Numbered from the stretch's first letter, positions 1-10,133 are shown. The stretch is 64,000 nucleotides of DNA from an uncultured Odoribacter sp. (GCA_910589025.1 CAJURM010000011.1:675-64674); one strand, 5' to 3'. Notes: generated from the sequence alone by a model not told the origin. Numbers and translations: made by a program.

Positions 1-2
1 AA

Positions 3-50
3 AAAAACACGCTGCCACCGATAGAAGAAGAAGAGGAAGAAATAGAATAG
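3..50 (+). CDS. 3' end of an upstream gene (acidic tail KNTLPPIEEEEEEIE*), truncated by the window edge
   Basis: Open frame from the window start to TAG at 48-50, converging on the GSCFA gene. Confidence 0.4.
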   Translation, partial: KNTLPPIEEEEEEIE

Positions 51-65
51 ACTACAACCGGTACA

Positions 66-1028
66 TCACCTCTCCCGGTTCAACAACGGATATTTATTGC
101 CTAACTGCTCCAACTCCCCTTCCAACTTCCGGCGAAAAGCAATATAAGTTTCACTCTCCGGATCAGAAGGACGATGATTCAGTCCCTTGTTGATTTTCTC
201 CACCTGCCGCATCACCTGTAATGCATCGGCAGACAAAAAAGTATCTCTAAACCGTGTCCAGATATAATCGACAGCCTGTCCCGAAACATGTAGCATATCC
301 TCCGCATAGAAACGGTAATCCCTCAATTCATCCAAAACAATTTCGTAAGACGGGAAATAATAGACCCGCTTCCGGCGTTTCACCAGTTCATCTATTGCCA
401 ACAGTAAAACCGATTTACTCAACTGATTTCCATGCGCCCCGTCTTTCCAATGCCGGATCGGACTCACCGTAAAAAGTACCCTTACCCCGGGATTTATCCG
501 TTCCAACTGCTCAAGCAAACGCTCATAAAGCCCGACAATCTCCGGTACAGACAGACAAAAACGTTCAAAATCACGTTCTGGAAACCGATGGCAATTAGCA
601 ACCACGCACCCGCTTTGCAAATGGCGATAGACCCACGAGGTACCGAAAGTAATCAGAAGCACATCCGCCCGCCGGAGCTGTTCTGCCCCCCGGTAGATTC
701 GGGCGTTCATCTTCTCCAGACACACTTCCCGTTCAGAAGCGGAAAAACGGCCATGATGCCCCCAACTCATCCATTTTCCTTCATGCCATATCAGTTCATC
801 CGGTGTCACCACCCGTTCATCCATCAACCGCTCCAACACCTGCGCCACCGACTCCGGATTATAGACAATCCCGCACGGATTGCAATCTACGGCAAAACGG
901 TTCTCCATTAACTTCATACCCATATTCTCCGCAAAACAAGAACCTATCAGCATCCACTGGGAATGATAGTCCACTGAAAAATCCGGTTTTTCAATATCCA
1001 CCACAGTCTGCCACATCATCTGTCCCAT
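66..1028 (-). CDS. GSCFA domain protein (SGNH-like hydrolase)
   Basis: Motifs GSCFAENMG, FTVSPIRH, YFPSYEI, DMLH. Confidence 0.9.
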   Translation of the reverse strand: MGQMMWQTVVDIEKPDFSVDYHSQWMLIGSCFAENMGMKLMENRFAVDCNPCGIVYNPESVAQVLERLMDERVVTPDELIWHEGKWMSWGHHGRFSASEREVCLEKMNARIYRGAEQLRRADVLLITFGTSWVYRHLQSGCVVANCHRFPERDFERFCLSVPEIVGLYERLLEQLERINPGVRVLFTVSPIRHWKDGAHGNQLSKSVLLLAIDELVKRRKRVYYFPSYEIVLDELRDYRFYAEDMLHVSGQAVDYIWTRFRDTFLSADALQVMRQVEKINKGLNHRPSDPESETYIAFRRKLEGELEQLGNKYPLLNRER

Positions 1029-1208
1029 TCGTTAAATTTCATGCATTTCCCTTTGCAGAATGTCAATCCGTTCTTTCCCATTCGGTTTTACATCCGGCAC
1101 CGCAAAGATAACGGAATCTGTACCAAAAATCCCGGGCTTTTTCTTTTTTTAGCAGACCGCATTTCCGGAAACGGATTAAAATATATATTATTGCACCAAA
1201 TTTTCAGC

Positions 1209-1766
1209 ATGGGGTACTTTTCTATTCTTTTAATTGCCTTGGGCTTATCTATGGATAGCCTGGCCGTATGTATCAGCGGAGGTATCTTCATGAAAAAATT
1301 CTGCATCCGAAAATCCCTGAAAATGGCTTTGATCATGGGAGCTTTCCAGGGAGGCATGACACTCTTAGGATGGATGCTGAGCATCCGGTTCAGCCATTTC
1401 ATCCGGGACTTCGACCACTGGATTGCATTCCTACTATTGGCCTATTTGGGAGGCAAAATGATTTACGAATCCTTACGCCAAGAAGAATCCTGTCTGACCT
1501 CCCTTTCCGACCGTACCCTACTCACCCTCGGCGTTGCCACCAGCATCGATGCCTTAGCCGTCGGGGTGGGACTGGCTTTTCTGAAAACAAATATCTTTAT
1601 TCCGGCACTCATCATCGCTATCACCACCTTCCTTTTATCCTTGTCCGGCGTCTGCTGCGGATTTCATTTCGGAAAAATAAAAAATCTGAATGTAGAATTT
1701 GTCGGTGGTCTTATTCTCATTTTCATCGGATTAAAAATACTGATTGAACACACGTTAGGTTACTGA
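1209..1766 (+). CDS. mntP: Manganese efflux pump MntP family protein
   Basis: LGLSMDSLAV, DHWIAF and ATSIDALAVG motifs; start moved to ATG at 1209. Confidence 0.88.
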   Translation: MGYFSILLIALGLSMDSLAVCISGGIFMKKFCIRKSLKMALIMGAFQGGMTLLGWMLSIRFSHFIRDFDHWIAFLLLAYLGGKMIYESLRQEESCLTSLSDRTLLTLGVATSIDALAVGVGLAFLKTNIFIPALIIAITTFLLSLSGVCCGFHFGKIKNLNVEFVGGLILIFIGLKILIEHTLGY

Positions 1767-1858
1767 CCTCAACTTTCAGCAAACACGGTAAACACCCTAA
1801 AAAACCTTAGTACAACATAAAAAAACAGAATTCATTTCCCTGTGTGCACGATTCTTCT

Positions 1859-1866
1859 TATCTTTG
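1859..1866 (+). promoter_or_regulatory. Bacteroidota -7 promoter element (TATCTTTG) for tmRNA
   Basis: Matches TAnnTTTG, 16 nt before the tmRNA 5' end. Confidence 0.65.
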
Positions 1867-1882
1867 TACCACATATCTAAGA

Positions 1883-2278
1883 GGGGCAGACATGGCTTTG
1901 ACAGCATGAAGAATAGGTATGTAAGCATGTCGGGAGCAGTGAAACGGCCCGTAAATCCCGGACACAAAATTTTAATTGGCGAAAATAACTACGCTCTCGC
2001 TGCCTGATCTTTAGAAGATTCGAGGCTTAATCTCTGCTCAAGGAGCGGAGACGGGACATCCCGCCGGTGGTTCCACCTTATCCCGGTCGGCATACGGGGT
2101 GCAGTCAATGTAAGGTTAGTCTGAGTCAGCTTCGGACAAAAGGCGAAAATTCAGAAGCTAAGCGACGGCTTGGGTGCTTTTTTCCGGACCGTCGTCGAAA
2201 ACCAATAAAAAGCTAAGCATGTAGAAAGCATATGAATTCCATGTTTGGACCAGGGTTCGATCCCCTGCTGCTCCACCA
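1883..2278 (+). ncRNA. ssrA: tmRNA
   Basis: 5' GGGGCAGA...TTTGAC; tag frame GENNYALAA* at 1978-2007; T-arm GGGTTCGATCCC and 3' CTCCACCA. Confidence 0.96.
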
Positions 2279-2335
2279 ATACATTAACAATCAAATAGTT
2301 AAATCCACAAGAATGACTATTTTACAGTAAAAATG

Positions 2336-2377
2336 AAATGAGAAAGGTGCACTTTCGGGTGCACCTTTCTCATTTTT
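2336..2377 (+). terminator. Perfect 17-bp hairpin after tmRNA
   Basis: AAATGAGAAAGGTGCAC-TTTCGG-GTGCACCTTTCTCATTT followed by Ts. Confidence 0.75.
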
Positions 2378-2562
2378 GGTACATTTAAAAAGACACCTAT
2401 TCTCCTCGTAACAGACTGACAATAATACACATTACATACATCAAAAAGGATGCCGGAAGTCAGTATTTACTATTTTCCATCCCCTACTAAAAGAGGGGGA
2501 ACGAAAAACATCCCCCCTGCACCGTAATACGGTGGTTCATCTGCCGGTCAAATACATTTTAC

Positions 2563-2845
2563 TAAAAAAGGGAGGCCTTATGGCCTCCCCTGCTACATTC
2601 CCGTCAACCCTACAGCGTAGCTTCCTCACCAAGCGTTATCCCAACGCTATATATCAAATAAAGAAACGTGTCTGCTTTTTCATCCATCCACAGGCAGACC
2701 AATGCCGGAAACGGTATGAACTCGCAGACACGTATTATATACGTAACTGACAAGTTCAGATTTCCGTTTCATCATTATTTTGGTCTTTTGTGGATGAAAA
2801 TCTAAACTTAATTACAGTTTATTCTAAAAAACTGATGCCGCTGCA
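2563..2845 (-). ncRNA. Candidate structured ncRNA/leader (element 1)
   Basis: TATATTTG promoter at 2860-2853, several long complementary blocks, terminator GGGAGGCC-ATAA-GGCCTCCC-T6 at 2589-2564. Confidence 0.5.
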
Positions 2846-3035
2846 TCACGCACAAATATAAGAACTTCCATTTTAAAATCAATGAATCGATATTCTATTT
2901 ACATTGAAAATATAAATTTCAAATAAATATGTGCACAAAAGGAGTAACAAAGCCGGACAATTCCACTGTCAAACAATGTATTTCTACACCGCGAAAGATG
3001 AATAAATTTATTTACATGAAGTTTTAAAGAACAAA

Positions 3036-3067
3036 TTTGGACAATTGAAAAATCCATATTATTTTTG
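3036..3067 (+). promoter_or_regulatory. Promoter for tRNA-Glu
   Basis: TTTG (3036-3039), 20-nt spacer, TATTTTTG (3060-3067). Confidence 0.7.
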
Positions 3068-3083
3068 CCTCACAAATTTGAAC

Positions 3084-3158
3084 GGCGGTATCGTCTAGGG
3101 GTTAGGACGCAAGATTCTCATTCTTGAAACTCGGGTTCGATTCCCGGTACCGCTACCA
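3084..3158 (+). tRNA. tRNA-Glu(CTC)
   Basis: Cloverleaf; anticodon arm CAAGA-TT-CTC-AT-TCTTG; GGTTCGATTCC; encoded CCA; hairpin plus T-tract at 3161-3187. Confidence 0.95.
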
Positions 3159-3235
3159 GCAAGGTCAGTAAATACTGGCCTTTTTTTATTTACCCCTCCA
3201 TTTTGAAGAAAAAAATAAAAATAATTGCCTTTTCA

Positions 3236-3456
3236 TTTGTTTGTAAATCAATTTTATTTACATTTGTGCTGTTTATAGAGATAAACATCGTGGTTTTGGA
3301 AATAAAATGTTTATTCTTGACTGAAAAACCGACCTTTTTTATTTGAGAAGAATAGACTGCAAGCTCTTTATAACGGGCGGAATTGTTTTATTCGTTTCTC
3401 ATTAGGTATCATGGTCGGGCCTTCAGTTAGACGGATATAAACAGTTCCGCTTTTTG
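3236..3456 (+). promoter_or_regulatory. Promoter plus structured attenuator-like leader (element 2)
   Basis: TTTG-19nt-TACATTTG; ~19-bp stem 3377-3395/3431-3450 followed by TTTTTG; loop complementary to 3319-3349. Confidence 0.5.
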
Positions 3457-3832
3457 TTTATATTCCGGCCATTTTATAACCCGGCAAATCAAGATGAATT
3501 TACAATGTACTGGAGTTCGGAATTTTTCTGTTAATGGAGAGCATTTGTAAGGATGATTAACTCATAGGTATAATCAAGGCGTACACCTCATCCTTCTTTC
3601 ACGGGACTGAAAACGACCTACTTCCATATAATATTATTCCATGTAGTATATCCAAAGGCTTGGTGGAGGTAATCTCATCCCGGCAAATTCACATGACATG
3701 AAAATATTCAGTCTCCGGTACTTTCTAAAAAAAGGGTCCCGATGATAGGTTCCATCAACCATTCTCTATCAGTTGCACATACTGAAACCTCAGTGAAGTC
3801 GGGCCCTTTTTCCTTTTAATAAACAAATACAC

Positions 3833-3866
3833 AAAAAAGGACCAGAACAAATCTTCTGGCCCTTTT
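3833..3866 (-). terminator. Terminator of the parA-parB-DUF5683-mltD operon
   Basis: Hairpin with minus-strand T-tract just after the mltD stop. Confidence 0.65.
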
Positions 3867-3889
3867 ACTATTTACCTGTCTTCTTGAAC

Positions 3890-5449
3890 TCAAATTTTTA
3901 TTTTCAGCTTTTGCCCCGGTTTTAAGTCTTTCACTTTGCTTTCACTGATACCGTTCCATTTCATAATGTCCCGGTTAGAAACCCCGGGATACTTCTTGGC
4001 TATCGTCCACAGATTCTCCCCGCGTTTCACCGTGTAATAAATAAATTCCCCGTCAATGGTCTCCACCTGGGGAGCATTGGTCTCATTATTGACTTTACCC
4101 TCATATTTCGCTTTACTGGCATACTTTGCAGCATTCTTTTGGGAAACATAAACGACCAACTTCTGCCCCACCCGTATCGTCATGCGGCGGTTCAGATTAT
4201 TCCAGTATTTCAAATCATTCAGCGAAACATTAAACTTCGCCGCGATAGTTCCCGGCACATCCCCACTTCTCACCGTATACACCAACCGCGCTTTATCCCC
4301 GGAAATACTGGACGCATGTGCATACCTCCGGAACCGGTCGTTCGGATTAGCCACCCGGTCGCTATCGTCAAAATATTTTTTCCGGTTATAGGCAAAAATA
4401 GTATCCTGACGGTCAATAAAAGTAGCAACATGATTATAAGGTAATTTCAAAGCATAGGATTTTCCAAACCCTGCCGGAATAATATCCTTATAATACTGCG
4501 GATTCACATCCCTCAACTCATCAATGGAAATAGCCATGTTCTTACTCAACTGTTCGAAATGCAAAGCCTCATTCACCAACAGGGTATCACACAAAAGGGG
4601 CAGATTGCATTCCAGCGGATAGATATGGTGTTCCTCCGCATAATTAAAGGCATACATAGCCGCGATAAATGCAGGCACATAACCACGGGTCTCCCGCGGC
4701 AAATGATAATAAATATCCCAATAATTCTTTTTACCTCCGGAACGCCGGATGGCCTTGTTCACATTGCCCGGCCCGCAATTGTAAGCGGCAATAACCAATA
4801 TCCAGTCGTTATAAATCGAATACAGGTCGTTCAAATAGCGAACGGCAGCCTCTGTCGATTTCACCGGGTCATAACGTTCATCAATATAAGAATTGATTTC
4901 CAGTTTATACTGCCTGCCGGTATAATACATAAACTGCCACAACCCGCAGGCCCGTGCCCTGGAACGCGCCACCGGATTCAATGCACTTTCAATAACCGGA
5001 AGATATTTCAATTCCAGGGGCATGCAATTGGCCGCCAGTGCTTCCTCAAAAATAGGGAAATAATACTCGCTCAACCCCAACATACTTGCCACCTGCAATC
5101 TCTTCTTCACCACATACATCTCAATAAAATTACGCACGATGTCATTATACGACAACGTAATGGCAGAATGCAGCGAATCCAGACGCATCAGGTAAAGGGA
5201 ATCACTGACTGGCATGACCTGGTCCTGTTTTTCCACAACATAGACAGAATCCCCATAAGCCACTTCGTTTTTCATGTGCTTATGCCACTGCGTATACGCT
5301 TCATCAATCATCTGAAGAAATTCTCCGGGAATGGGCTCCGCCACAGATAAAATCTGTACGACCGACAAGGTATCCCTTTTCATGTCATTACGCTGAGCCA
5401 CTCCGTTTACACACCATCCTAACACTACAAACAAAACTAACCAACGCAT
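3890..5449 (-). CDS. mltD: Lytic murein transglycosylase with two LysM domains (MltD-like)
   Basis: VIESALNP, GLWQFM, AAYNCGPG; LysM repeats YTVRSGD and YTVKRGE. Confidence 0.9.
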   Translation of the reverse strand: MRWLVLFVVLGWCVNGVAQRNDMKRDTLSVVQILSVAEPIPGEFLQMIDEAYTQWHKHMKNEVAYGDSVYVVEKQDQVMPVSDSLYLMRLDSLHSAITLSYNDIVRNFIEMYVVKKRLQVASMLGLSEYYFPIFEEALAANCMPLELKYLPVIESALNPVARSRARACGLWQFMYYTGRQYKLEINSYIDERYDPVKSTEAAVRYLNDLYSIYNDWILVIAAYNCGPGNVNKAIRRSGGKKNYWDIYYHLPRETRGYVPAFIAAMYAFNYAEEHHIYPLECNLPLLCDTLLVNEALHFEQLSKNMAISIDELRDVNPQYYKDIIPAGFGKSYALKLPYNHVATFIDRQDTIFAYNRKKYFDDSDRVANPNDRFRRYAHASSISGDKARLVYTVRSGDVPGTIAAKFNVSLNDLKYWNNLNRRMTIRVGQKLVVYVSQKNAAKYASKAKYEGKVNNETNAPQVETIDGEFIYYTVKRGENLWTIAKKYPGVSNRDIMKWNGISESKVKDLKPGQKLKIKI

Positions 5450-5463
5450 AAAATACTCTCTTC

Positions 5464-6129
5464 TTAAAAATTTAATGTTAAAGTTAATCCTACCATACCT
5501 CCCGCCGCCGGAGTATAAAAAGAATTGGGCTGCACATTGAGCGTCAAATCTTCATTTATTTCAAAATCATAAAAATGGGCAAACACACAAGCATCGATAA
5601 TCTGAACCGCATAGATTCCCCCCATCACGATGTAAAGCAAATCCCGGTTCCGCTTAAAATTTGTCTTCTTGTTTTTCAATTGAGTCTGGAAATTTGCCTG
5701 CTGCTGGGGCGAAAAATCTTCCACACCGCCACCGGCATATACCTTTTCCCAGGAAGGATTTTGCGGATACGGGAAATCCGGATTTTTGGCTTTTTCTTCT
5801 AAATAGTGCGAATAATCGAAATAAGCATTCTTATATTTTTTAAAATTCCGGCTATTCCAGCTGATGCCATACACCGTAGCCCCCACCCCTCCATATAATA
5901 TGGGCAATTTCCACCACTGACGGTTGTAGACCTGCCCCAATCCCGGCAACACCATAGCATAAATCGTTGCCTTATGGGGGGAATGAGGTGTCACATTTGC
6001 TTTTGCCACATCCACGTCAAGCGTATCCGTAAGCTGTTCCTGTATTTGAGCCGTATCGCGAAACACCTCTACGGCACTGACGGCCGTAAATTTCCACAAT
6101 ACAACTAAAAGTAAAAACAACTTTCTCAC
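5464..6129 (-). CDS. DUF5683 domain outer-membrane-type protein
   Basis: HSPHKATIYAMVLPGLGQVYNRQWWKLPILY motif; C-terminal F; usual position after parB; likely GTG start at 6129. Confidence 0.8.
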   Translation of the reverse strand: MRKLFLLLVVLWKFTAVSAVEVFRDTAQIQEQLTDTLDVDVAKANVTPHSPHKATIYAMVLPGLGQVYNRQWWKLPILYGGVGATVYGISWNSRNFKKYKNAYFDYSHYLEEKAKNPDFPYPQNPSWEKVYAGGGVEDFSPQQQANFQTQLKNKKTNFKRNRDLLYIVMGGIYAVQIIDACVFAHFYDFEINEDLTLNVQPNSFYTPAAGGMVGLTLTLNF

Positions 6130-6145
6130 GTCTTCTCGTCTTGGC

Positions 6146-7039
6146 TTAATCGATTTTATCCAGTAATCCGATAATCTTTTCCAGTTCAGCATCCGATTTG
6201 AAGGCAATCACAATCTTACCTTTTCCGGCAGCATTCCTTTTCAATTCCACTTTGGTCTCAAAACGCCTGGAGAGATGTTGCTGCAATTCAATGTAATCGC
6301 CGATTTCATTTTTCTTTTTCGGCTTCACGGGTTCATCCTCAACCGCCTCCGGCTTGGGATTAGCTATCTCCCGGACAATCTCTTCCACTTTCCGAACAGA
6401 AAAATCGTATTTCAGTATCTGTTCAAAAATCATAAACTGGGTGTCCGGATCTTCGATATTGATGATAGCACGGGCATGTCCCATAGAGATTTTTTTATCC
6501 CTGATTGCCAACTGTATCTGAGCAGGCAGCTTCAATAGCCGCAAATAATTGGAAATAGTGGTTCTTTTCTTACCGACCCTCTCACTCAGGGCATCCTGCG
6601 TCAGCCGACACTCATCCAACAACCGCTGATAACTGATAGCCACTTCGATGGCATTCAGGTCTTCCCGCTGGATATTCTCAATCAAAGCCAGTTCCAGGAG
6701 ACTTTCATCTTCTGTTTTACGAATATAGGCAGGTATGGTTTCCAACCCGGCGAGCTTCGAAGCCCGGAAGCGTCTCTCTCCGGCAATAATCTCATACTTT
6801 CCACCGTCCACCGACCTCACGGTAATCGGCTGAACAATACCTATCGACCGGATGGAAGCAGCCAGCTCATTCAAAGCCTCTTCGTCAAATTCCGTCCTCG
6901 GCTGATAAGGGTTGGGATAAATATCTCCGAGACTCAATTCCTGAATAGCGGACACGGCCTCTGTTCTGGGTTTCGGGTCCTCTGCAGCATCAGTAATCAA
7001 AGCCCCCAATCCTCTGCCCAGTGCACTTCTTTTTACCAT
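6146..7039 (-). CDS. parB: Chromosome partitioning protein ParB/Spo0J
   Basis: LGRGLGAL, NPYQPR, IIAGERRFRA, ENIQREDL. Confidence 0.96.
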   Translation of the reverse strand: MVKRSALGRGLGALITDAAEDPKPRTEAVSAIQELSLGDIYPNPYQPRTEFDEEALNELAASIRSIGIVQPITVRSVDGGKYEIIAGERRFRASKLAGLETIPAYIRKTEDESLLELALIENIQREDLNAIEVAISYQRLLDECRLTQDALSERVGKKRTTISNYLRLLKLPAQIQLAIRDKKISMGHARAIINIEDPDTQFMIFEQILKYDFSVRKVEEIVREIANPKPEAVEDEPVKPKKKNEIGDYIELQQHLSRRFETKVELKRNAAGKGKIVIAFKSDAELEKIIGLLDKID

Positions 7040-7047
7040 ATAATTGC

Positions 7048-7815
7048 TTAATTATTTTTATCCATTAATTCTTTAGCCAGATTCAGATAATTTACCGCTC
7101 CCCGACTTTCAGCGTCATACAGAATTACCGGCTGGCCGTAACTCGGTGCTTCCGCCAGTTTGATATTACGCTGAATCAGTGTACTAAATACCATATCTTC
7201 AAAATGTTTCTTCACTTCCGAAGCCACCTGTTTAGACAAACGCAGACGGTCATCATACATCGTCAGCACAAATCCTTCGATTTCCAGCTCCGGATTAAGG
7301 CGTTTCTGAATAATCTTGATGGTATTCAACAACTTCCCTAACCCTTCCAAAGCCAGGTATTCACACTGCACCGGAATAATCACGGAATCGGCTGCCGTCA
7401 GAGAATTTACCGTAATCAACCCCAAAGAAGGGGAACAATCAATCAGAATATAATCATACTCCTCCTTTACGCCATCCAGAATCTTCGACAACACCTTCTC
7501 CCGCTCCTCAAAATTCAGCATCTCCAGTTCCGCTCCTACCAAGTCAATATTAGACGGAAGTAAAAACAAATCTTCGATCTCTGTCTTCAATATCGCTTTT
7601 TTCGGCTCCAATCCATCCACTATACACTCATAAATCGTCGCATTGTCCAACTCCTTCAATTCATATCCCAATCCCGAAGTTGCATTTCCCTGCGGATCAG
7701 CATCCACCAACAAGACTTTTTTTTCCAGCACAGCCAGACTCGCCGCCAGATTAACGGACGTTGTCGTCTTTCCCACCCCTCCTTTTTGATTTGCAATAGC
7801 AATAATTTTAGCCAT
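7048..7815 (-). CDS. parA: Chromosome partitioning ATPase ParA/Soj
   Basis: [34 protein letters not shown]. Confidence 0.96.
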   Translation of the reverse strand: MAKIIAIANQKGGVGKTTTSVNLAASLAVLEKKVLLVDADPQGNATSGLGYELKELDNATIYECIVDGLEPKKAILKTEIEDLFLLPSNIDLVGAELEMLNFEEREKVLSKILDGVKEEYDYILIDCSPSLGLITVNSLTAADSVIIPVQCEYLALEGLGKLLNTIKIIQKRLNPELEIEGFVLTMYDDRLRLSKQVASEVKKHFEDMVFSTLIQRNIKLAEAPSYGQPVILYDAESRGAVNYLNLAKELMDKNN

Positions 7816-8071
7816 AAATTACCATTTTACGATTGTGTGGTAAAAATACACATAAAAACCAAACCACACCTGTTTTTACTCAATTTTTTAATAACAATCC
7901 CGGCTTTTTTATTAACATCCGGGCTTTATGAATTGACTACCAGAACTTAGTCGTTTCCCCCGTTCCGGCGTATCTTTTCCCGGAAAGATTCCTCCGCGGC
8001 ATACCGAACCCGCAGCATCTGAAATTTAAAATTAATTACTACTTTTACAACGGTAAAAATAGAATTAAAAT

Positions 8072-10114
8072 ATGCCTGGTATCATTCATTTCCTGCATCC
8101 GGAATTCCTGTACGGACTGACCGTACTGATCCTACCCGTTATCCTGCATTTTTTCAGTTTCAAAAAATATAAAAAAGTATATTTCAGCAACTTCAATTTT
8201 CTCCAATCTTTACAACAACAGAGAAAAAACAGTTCCCGTCTGAAAAACCTCCTGCTGCTGCTCATGCGGCTGCTGGCACTCGGAGCCATTGTCACGGCTT
8301 TTGCATGCCCCTATATCGCGCCCCGCCAGACACTGGTAACCCCCTCCGAAAAGAGCCAGGTTGTCATATATGCGGACAACTCGTTTTCCATGTCCAACAC
8401 CGGCACCCACAGTTCATTGCTGGAAGAGGCCAAGAAACACCTGTTCGACATTCTGAACACTTATCCGGCAGGAACGACTTTTTTCCTTCTCACCAACGAC
8501 AACCAGGACCTCCCTGCCCTTTCCAAGGAAGAGACCATCAACGCCATCTCCGCACTTAAGGTCACCCCCCATACCCGGACCTTGTCCGAAATCTTCCGGA
8601 CAGCCCGGGAACTGAGCCGTGACAAAAAAACAACCCTGTTTCTCCTTTCCGACTTCCAGTCCGTCAATTGCGATTTTCAGCAGATTACTGCAGATACACT
8701 GACCGACCCGGTCTTCCTTATCCTCCAACCTGAAAACACAAACAACCTGTACATCAAAGATGTTCAGTTCAACCAGGTTTTTCACCAGAAAAACCAGAAC
8801 GACAAAATCACCGTCACCCTTGTCAACTCTTCCGACAAAGACGTTCACAATGTCCCGGTAAGCCTGACCATCAACGGAAAGAAAAAGAACGTTACCAAAA
8901 CCCACATTCCGGCACAGGGAGAACAAACCCTTGAAATGAATTACCTGAATACAGAGAACGGATTTTACAAAGGCACGGTTGAAATCACCGACATCCCGGT
9001 GGTCTTCGATAACAAATTCTTTTTCAGCTATAATATACAGGATAAAATCAACATCCTGTGTATCGAACAGAAAGACCACCTGCCCTACTTTGAAAAACTG
9101 TTTTCCGACACAACCGCTTTCCGGTTCAACACACTCAACATCAACCAGACAGCCAACTTAAGACTGAACGAATACAATCTGGTGATCCTTGACCGCATAG
9201 AACAATACAGTTCTGGTTTCAGCAGTGCCATAGAAAACTATCTCAAAGAAGGCGGAAATGTCTTCATTCTGCCGGGCGGACAACGCTCTGTCAACCTACT
9301 CAACAGCCTGCTCGCCAAACTGCATGCCCCCCAGTTCAGCCTGCCCGACAGCGCCACCACCATTGCCCGGATGGAAGAACAAGCCGCCCTGTTTAAAGAT
9401 GTTTTTGAAAAACAGGAAACCCATACCGCTTTGCCCTATGTGAAGAAATTTTATCCCATCCATACCCTTCCCGGCACCGAAAAACTGCTGACCGACAAAA
9501 AAGGAAACACCCTGTTGGCCGCTCAGCGTTCCGGACAAGGCAATCTGTATCTCTCCGCATTCAGTTACGAACCGAAAAACAGCGATATGGTCTATCACCC
9601 GATTTTTGTCCCCGTGATGGTCAACATGTCCTGCAACATGAATTCGAATCTGAACAGTTCCTGGTTCCTCAATTCCGACAACCCCGTTTACATCGCACGA
9701 CAGGGAACAGACACGGATTCCCGGCTCGTTGTCCGGAATGAAGACAACACCCTGGAATTTATTCCCGAAATCCGGAAAGACTTCAGCGGGAATCTGGTCA
9801 TGGTCAACACAACTGACCTGAAAGAAGCAGGGCTGTACAATGTCTTCAGCAACGGCACACTCGTAGATGTGATTGCCTGCAATTACGACCGTAAGGAATC
9901 CCGGATGCAATTCTGTAACGGGCAGGAAATACAAAAGCACTTCCCCCAAGCCAGGGTCGAAAGCATCAGAAGTACACAGTTCGACCACAACAGCGAACTG
10001 GTAAAAGAGATTGTCCTGCAAGACAACAACCACTACATCGCCGTATGGTTCATCCTCTTAGCCATCCTCGCCGTATTGCTCGAACAATGGATATGGAAAA
10101 GAAAACTCACGTAA
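8072..10114 (+). CDS. BatA N-terminal domain membrane protein with vWA-like region
   Basis: FLHPEFLYGL..LPVILHFF N-terminus; DNSFSM and LSDFQ MIDAS-like motifs; C-terminal TM. Confidence 0.8.
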   Translation: MPGIIHFLHPEFLYGLTVLILPVILHFFSFKKYKKVYFSNFNFLQSLQQQRKNSSRLKNLLLLLMRLLALGAIVTAFACPYIAPRQTLVTPSEKSQVVIYADNSFSMSNTGTHSSLLEEAKKHLFDILNTYPAGTTFFLLTNDNQDLPALSKEETINAISALKVTPHTRTLSEIFRTARELSRDKKTTLFLLSDFQSVNCDFQQITADTLTDPVFLILQPENTNNLYIKDVQFNQVFHQKNQNDKITVTLVNSSDKDVHNVPVSLTINGKKKNVTKTHIPAQGEQTLEMNYLNTENGFYKGTVEITDIPVVFDNKFFFSYNIQDKINILCIEQKDHLPYFEKLFSDTTAFRFNTLNINQTANLRLNEYNLVILDRIEQYSSGFSSAIENYLKEGGNVFILPGGQRSVNLLNSLLAKLHAPQFSLPDSATTIARMEEQAALFKDVFEKQETHTALPYVKKFYPIHTLPGTEKLLTDKKGNTLLAAQRSGQGNLYLSAFSYEPKNSDMVYHPIFVPVMVNMSCNMNSNLNSSWFLNSDNPVYIARQGTDTDSRLVVRNEDNTLEFIPEIRKDFSGNLVMVNTTDLKEAGLYNVFSNGTLVDVIACNYDRKESRMQFCNGQEIQKHFPQARVESIRSTQFDHNSELVKEIVLQDNNHYIAVWFILLAILAVLLEQWIWKRKLT

Positions 10115-10133
10115 TTCCCCGACACCATTCAAT

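Noticed and set aside
1030..1208. Possible yybP-ykoY manganese riboswitch before mntP
   Set aside because: No recognisable consensus; the region is short and shared with a divergent gene.
2544..2555. 12-mer CCGGTCAAATAC shared with the loop of element 3 (15946-15957)
   Set aside because: A single 12-mer match can arise by chance, and flanking blocks do not match.
2532..2750. 72-aa plus-strand ORF
   Set aside because: Runs antisense through the terminator and stems of element 1, has a GTG start and no motif.
3660..3668. CTCCACCAA on the minus strand resembling the tmRNA 3' end (att site)
   Set aside because: Only 9 nt, inverted orientation, no T-arm sequence.
6146..8071. parS sites or oriC near parAB
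   Set aside because: No TGTTTCACGTGAAACA-like palindrome seen; only two weak TAAYAAC...CCGGCTTT repeats at ~7888-7927.
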